Assembly (NCBI GenBank): GCA_963666055.2
Contig: CAXWPH010000012.1
Coordinates: 320,001-384,000, forward strand
DNA: 64,000 nt
DNA from: Acidobacteriota bacterium
GTDB lineage: Bacteria; Acidobacteriota; UBA890; WLXD01
Reading direction: 5' to 3'
Of the stretch, positions 59,573 to 64,000 are shown in pieces. A program made the position numbers and the translations under genes. Under the pieces are notes generated by a model. The model saw only the letters and a list, made by a program, of their open reading frames with translations, had not been told where the DNA came from and did not search any database. The first letter of the stretch is position 1. The number at the start of each line of letters is the position of its first letter.

Positions 59573-61309
59573 ATGCGGCTGATCGATTCGCGCCGCCTCA
59601 CGGGGCCAAGCCTGGTCCAGGACGAAGCCGGCGCGGTCATCGAGGTGGAGCTTCCGGAAGACGGCGCCGCGGAGCTCGTTGGCAATTGGCGTCGACAGGC
59701 GCAGCGACTCCTCGCCGCGGTCGGATGGGGCGAAGAGCGAACTGCCGTACGCCACTACGACGGAGGCGCCAGCCTGGCGATCAGCGCGCCCATCGACGGG
59801 CTCTACGCCGCCTGCGAGATCAACGAGGCTGCCTGGGCGACTGCGTTAGCGTCGTTTGGCGAGGCACAGCCTGCAAGCTACAGCCTGCCGCAACTGCAGG
59901 AGCTGGTCGACGCCGAAGCCAACCCGGCGTTGCTGGCCCTAGCCGAGGCGGCGGCCGATCATGGGCTCGCATTCCTTTGCGACGACGAGGTCGCATCGGT
60001 CGGGCTCGGGTCAGGCAGCCTGGCGTGGCCCGTCGACCAACTGCCGGCCCCCGATGCGGTGACCTGGGGCCAGGCGCACGATGTGCCGGTGGCGCTGGTC
60101 ACCGGGACCAACGGAAAAACGACGACGGTCCGAATGCTGGCCGCGATTGCTACGGAAGCCGGCATTCATTGCGGCAACACGTCGACCGACGGTGTGCAGA
60201 TCAACGGTACGACGGTGCTCAGCGGCGACTACACAGGCGGCGAGGGCGCCCGGACCCTGCTGCGCGACACGCGCGTCGATCTGGCACTGGTGGAGACAGC
60301 GCGCGGCGGTCTTTTGCGCCGCGGGCTACTTGTCGGGCGCGCAGATGTCGCCTATGTAAGCAACGTAGGCACCGACCATCTGGGTGAATACGGGGTCATC
60401 GATCTCGACGCTCTGGCGCAAGTCAAGTTGCTCGTGGCCCGAGCCATCCGCCCGGGCGGGGTACTGCTTCTGAACGCCGACGATGCGCTCCTGCGACGCC
60501 ACGCGGCCTCCGCCGGTGTGCCGGTCACCTGGCTCACGCTTGACGCCGAGGTGCCGCTGGTCGGCGCGGCGAGACGCTCCGGAGTAGCGTACGTCCAACA
60601 GAATGGGGTGCTCGGCCGGTTGCAGGACGGTCGCTTTGTAGCGCTTCTCGAGACCATCGCTGCGCCGGCCACCCTCGGCGGCGCAGCACGTCACAACGTC
60701 TACAACGCGCTCGCGGCTGCGGCGATCGCCGATTCCATCGGCCTCGCCGCCAGCGCCATCGGCGCCGGCCTGAAGGGGTTCCGTAGCGACGTCGAGCAGA
60801 ATCCCGGCCGTGGCAACTACTTCGAGTTCGGCAGCTTGAAGGCGTACGCCGATTTCGCCCACAACCCGGAGGGCCTGGAGCTGGTTCTGCAGATGGGGGC
60901 CGTGATTCCCGCCGAGCGCCGCCTGGTGATCCTCGGGCAGGCTGGCGATCGTGACGATTTCTCGATCGACCGCCTTGCCGAAGTCACCTGGCGCACCCGT
61001 CCGGAGCGCATCGTCCTCAAGCAAATGCCGGACTACCTGCGCGGCCGCGTTGAGGGTGAAGTGGTCGAGCGACTCCGGCAGCGTCTGCTGGAGCTAGGCG
61101 CCCCATCCGATCGCATTGAGGTGGTCGCCTCGGAGATCGAGGCGGTGAGGTCGGCGCTGCGCTGGGGGCGGCCGGGCGATCTGCTCATGCTGCTGCTTCA
61201 CGCCCAGCGCGAGGAAGTATTGAATATGTTGCAGGAGCTCGACGCCGCCGGATGGCGTCCCGGAGAAACGCTGCCGGATTCGCCCGTCAGCCCGCCGCCA
61301 GGCGCATGA
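59573..61309 (+). CDS. CphA-like Mur-ligase protein lacking the ATP-grasp domain
   Basis: DSRRLTGP N-domain start, then directly VTGTNGKTTT, ETARGGLLRRG, DHLGEYG, NPGRGN, DFAHN, GDR. Confidence 0.82.
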   Translation: MRLIDSRRLTGPSLVQDEAGAVIEVELPEDGAAELVGNWRRQAQRLLAAVGWGEERTAVRHYDGGASLAISAPIDGLYAACEINEAAWATALASFGEAQPASYSLPQLQELVDAEANPALLALAEAAADHGLAFLCDDEVASVGLGSGSLAWPVDQLPAPDAVTWGQAHDVPVALVTGTNGKTTTVRMLAAIATEAGIHCGNTSTDGVQINGTTVLSGDYTGGEGARTLLRDTRVDLALVETARGGLLRRGLLVGRADVAYVSNVGTDHLGEYGVIDLDALAQVKLLVARAIRPGGVLLLNADDALLRRHAASAGVPVTWLTLDAEVPLVGAARRSGVAYVQQNGVLGRLQDGRFVALLETIAAPATLGGAARHNVYNALAAAAIADSIGLAASAIGAGLKGFRSDVEQNPGRGNYFEFGSLKAYADFAHNPEGLELVLQMGAVIPAERRLVILGQAGDRDDFSIDRLAEVTWRTRPERIVLKQMPDYLRGRVEGEVVERLRQRLLELGAPSDRIEVVASEIEAVRSALRWGRPGDLLMLLLHAQREEVLNMLQELDAAGWRPGETLPDSPVSPPPGA

Positions 61310-62534
61310 TCTGACCGCAGAGGTACGCCCCATACGTGCCCACGGCATAACCAACCACCGCCAACAAGGCGCCGACAGGGGCCAACGCGGGATGCACGGC
61401 CGCGGCCACGATCGGTGCCGACGCCGCACCGCCGACGTTCGCTTGGCTGCCCACCGCCATGAAGAACACCGGCGCACGAATCAACCATGCCACCCCGAGC
61501 ATGATGCCGGCGTGTATGACCATCCACACGCTGCCAACCACGAACAGCCCGGGGTTGTCGAAGACTGCCATCAGGTTCATGCGCATGCCGATCGACGCAA
61601 TCAGCACGTACAGGCACGCCGAGCCGATTTTCGACGCGCCGGCGTGCTCGAGTCGTCGTAGCTTCGTCATCGAGAGCCCGATGGCGATCGTCGTCGACAG
61701 CACGACAAGCCAAAAGAACTGTGATGTGAGGTTGTAGATTGCCAGGCTTGGCGCCCCCCGCTCGATCGCGGTAGCTATTTGATCGGCGAGAAAATGCGCC
61801 ACGGCGGTTACACCGAAGCCCACGGCCAAGATCTGCATAAGGTCGGTGAGGCTGGGGATGCGGGCGTGCTCATGTTGTTGGCGCTCCACCCGCGCACGAA
61901 GCTCATCGATGGCCGAGGTATCAGCGCCGATGAAGGCGTCGATGCGCGACGCACGCCCGACCATGAAGAGCAATACCGCCAACCAGACGTTGGCGACGAT
62001 CACGTCGACCGCGATCATCGCCGAGAACAGCTCGTCGCCTACCTCGAAGACCTCTTTCATCGCGGCCTGATTCGCGCCGCCGCCGATCCAGCTCCCCGCC
62101 ACGGTGGTAAGCCCACGCCACACAGCATCCGGCCCCGCACCGCCGACGATACTCGGCTCGATCGCCCCGACCACCAGGATCGCCAGCGGGCCCCCGAGTA
62201 TGATGCCGACCGTACCCGTGAAGAACATGATCAGCACCTTGGGTCCGAGACGGACGATGCCGCGCATGTCGACGCTGAGGGTCAGCAACACCAGGCTGGT
62301 GGGCAGCAGGTACCGGGAGGAGACGAAGTAAAGGTTGGAAACCTCGCCGGAAATAATGCCAAGTGTGCTGAACAGCGACGGCAGGAAATAGCAAACGAGA
62401 ACCGTCGGCACGACCGAGTAGAAGCGCTGCCAAAAGCGCGATCCGCTTTGTGACGTCGTGAACACGAACGCCAACGTCGCAAACAAGACGCCGAGTACAA
62501 CGGCGTCGTTGGTAATCAGCGGCTCAGCCGGCAC
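61287..62534 (-). CDS. DUF819-family membrane protein
   Basis: About 11 TM helices; GSWIGGGANQAAM, GSQANVGGAASAP, GYAVGTY. Confidence 0.85.
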   Translation of the reverse strand: MPAEPLITNDAVVLGVLFATLAFVFTTSQSGSRFWQRFYSVVPTVLVCYFLPSLFSTLGIISGEVSNLYFVSSRYLLPTSLVLLTLSVDMRGIVRLGPKVLIMFFTGTVGIILGGPLAILVVGAIEPSIVGGAGPDAVWRGLTTVAGSWIGGGANQAAMKEVFEVGDELFSAMIAVDVIVANVWLAVLLFMVGRASRIDAFIGADTSAIDELRARVERQQHEHARIPSLTDLMQILAVGFGVTAVAHFLADQIATAIERGAPSLAIYNLTSQFFWLVVLSTTIAIGLSMTKLRRLEHAGASKIGSACLYVLIASIGMRMNLMAVFDNPGLFVVGSVWMVIHAGIMLGVAWLIRAPVFFMAVGSQANVGGAASAPIVAAAVHPALAPVGALLAVVGYAVGTYGAYLCGQIMRLAAG

Positions 62535-62616
62535 GGCGACTCCGGTTGGTCAGCGGGCGCCGCTAGCTTACAGAGCGTCGACCACCGTCGCCATACGAGG
62601 CAGGGCCGACCTGGTT

Positions 62617-63006
62617 CTACCCGGCGATTCGAGCGGTCGCTTTCACCAGCTTCGAAAGCCGGTCGAGATCCTGTTCGTCGAGGTCGCCGCTGCCTTCGCT
62701 CAGCAGCGCCGCAACAACGGCCTGGCGCGAGCCATCGAAGAACGTCCGCACCAGATGCTGCAAAGCGCTCCGCCGCGTTTCCTCGCGAGCCACCCGTGGC
62801 CGATAAATATAACGTGGTCCATCCTGCTGGTGCCCGATATGGCCCTTGTCTTCCAGCACCCGCAGCATGGCGCGAACCGCCGAGTAACTGGGTGGGGCGG
62901 GCAGCAGACCGCGAACGTCGGCCGCGCTCGATGCACCACGTTCGTAGAGAATGTCCATGATCTGGCGCTCTCGTCGGCTCAGGTCGCGGTGAATCTGATC
63001 GTCCAT
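62617..63006 (-). CDS. BlaI/MecI/CopY-family repressor
   Basis: LSRRERQIMDILY, PSYSAVRAMLRVLEDKG, GPRYIY, TFFDGS. Confidence 0.92.
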   Translation of the reverse strand: MDDQIHRDLSRRERQIMDILYERGASSAADVRGLLPAPPSYSAVRAMLRVLEDKGHIGHQQDGPRYIYRPRVAREETRRSALQHLVRTFFDGSRQAVVAALLSEGSGDLDEQDLDRLSKLVKATARIAG

Positions 63007-63060
63007 GGCAACTCGCTGGTCATAGCGTCCCTGCGTCGGGGCGCCCTCGCTGACCCGTGA

Positions 63061-63095
63061 TGTTGTTTCTTTAGCATAGTGCTAAAAAACTAGCA
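63061..63095. promoter_or_regulatory. Tandem operator candidates for the second BlaI-type repressor
   Basis: TGTTG-N6-TAGCA and TGCTA-N6-TAGCA with 19-bp period in the AT-rich divergent intergenic region. Confidence 0.65.
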
Positions 63096-63188
63096 ACATG
63101 ACCCACTACCGTCAGGAACGCGCCGCGGTATGCTGCGCGTCGTCGCCGCGATCGCGGCGAGCCACGGGAGCCACGCCGGAGAACCCCT

Positions 63189-64000
63189 TTGTCACACGAC
63201 GCCATCGTCGTTGGTCTGGGTACCATGGGCAGCGCCGCTGCGTGGCAGCTCACCGCCCGCGGCTGCTCGGTGCTCGGCCTTGACCGCCACGTTCCACCGC
63301 ATGCGCTCGGATCAGCACACGGCAGGTCGCGCATCATTCGCACCGCCTACATGGAAGACCCGGCCTACGTGCCGCTCGTGCAGCGTTCCTTCGAGCTATG
63401 GCGCGAGCTCGAAGCCACGACAGACAAGGCGCTTCTTCGTCGAACGAGCCTGTTGATGATCGGGCACCCGGATAGCGATGCGGTAGCCGGTAGCCTAGCG
63501 AGCGCGCGGTTGCACGCCCTGCCTCACGAGTTGCTCGACGCCGCTGAGATCCGGCGACGCTTTCCGGTCTTTCAGCCCGATGACGATCTGGCAGCGTTCT
63601 ACGAAGAGGTCGCCGGCGTGCTCCAACCCGAGGCCTGTGTCTCCGCCTGCCTCGACGCCGCGTCGGCCGCCGGAGCCGAACTACGCTACGGCGAGCAGGT
63701 GTTGAGCTGGAATCGCGACGACCACAACGTGCGCGTGCGTACCCAGGCAGGTGAGCACGTAGCGAAGGCACTCATCATCACGGCCGGCGCCTGGGCCTCG
63801 CAGCTCCTGCCCGAGATCGACTCCGCGCTGAGCGTCGAGCGGCAGGTGATGCATTGGTTCGAGCCTACGGGCGGCATCGACGCCTTCGCTCCAGATCGCC
63901 TCCCCGTCTACTTGTGGGAGCCTCGCGTGGGTCCCGTTCTCTACGGCTTGCCAGCGCTCGATGGTGCGCGTGGGGGGGTCAAGGTGGCACTCCACCATGG
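63189..64000 (+). CDS. solA: N-methyl-L-tryptophan oxidase / monomeric sarcosine oxidase-like flavoprotein, 5' part
   Basis: TTG start after GGAG; DAIVVGLGTMGSAAAWQL...GSAHGRSRIIRTAY..P.YVPL; TAGAW; runs off window. Confidence 0.85.
   Translation, partial: MSHDAIVVGLGTMGSAAAWQLTARGCSVLGLDRHVPPHALGSAHGRSRIIRTAYMEDPAYVPLVQRSFELWRELEATTDKALLRRTSLLMIGHPDSDAVAGSLASARLHALPHELLDAAEIRRRFPVFQPDDDLAAFYEEVAGVLQPEACVSACLDAASAAGAELRYGEQVLSWNRDDHNVRVRTQAGEHVAKALIITAGAWASQLLPEIDSALSVERQVMHWFEPTGGIDAFAPDRLPVYLWEPRVGPVLYGLPALDGARGGVKVALHH

Noticed and set aside
63070-63086. TTTAGCA-TAG-TGCTAAA as a second CIRCE
   Set aside because: Lacks the CTC-N9-GAG core and spacing; better explained as the junction of two tandem BlaI-type boxes.

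Overview
GC-rich bacterial chromosomal window, probably Acidobacteriota (inferred from an ADOP-type duplicated MacB/FtsX permease, a CRTAC1/ASPIC-UnbV protein and a long M14 peptidase). Housekeeping content: groES-groEL with a CIRCE operator, purC, glpK-glpD, a complete his operon with a His-rich leader-peptide attenuator and an apparent HisD-HisC fusion, dinB, fumC and a cyanophycin locus (cphB-cphA plus a CphA-like protein lacking the ATP-grasp domain). The most unusual region is 2.5-13.6 kb. It holds a PAPS-making and PAP-recycling cassette (cysQ, sat, cysC) with no recognisable sulfotransferase or PAPS reductase. Instead it has three tandem AlkP-superfamily enzymes with different predicted localisations, an EMC3/TMCO1(DUF106)-like membrane protein, a non-FGly sulfatase-like lipoprotein and two tiny RHH-like proteins. 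Four proteins of different folds end in the same R/K-L-x-x-L-G-Y-L/I tail. A 271-bp structured MITE-like repeat occurs in three full copies plus remnants, and its terminal inverted repeats co-vary within each copy. Two genes look disrupted (aquaporin with an in-frame TAG, glpD with a frameshift); sequencing error cannot be excluded. All calls come from reading the sequence; no database searches were run.
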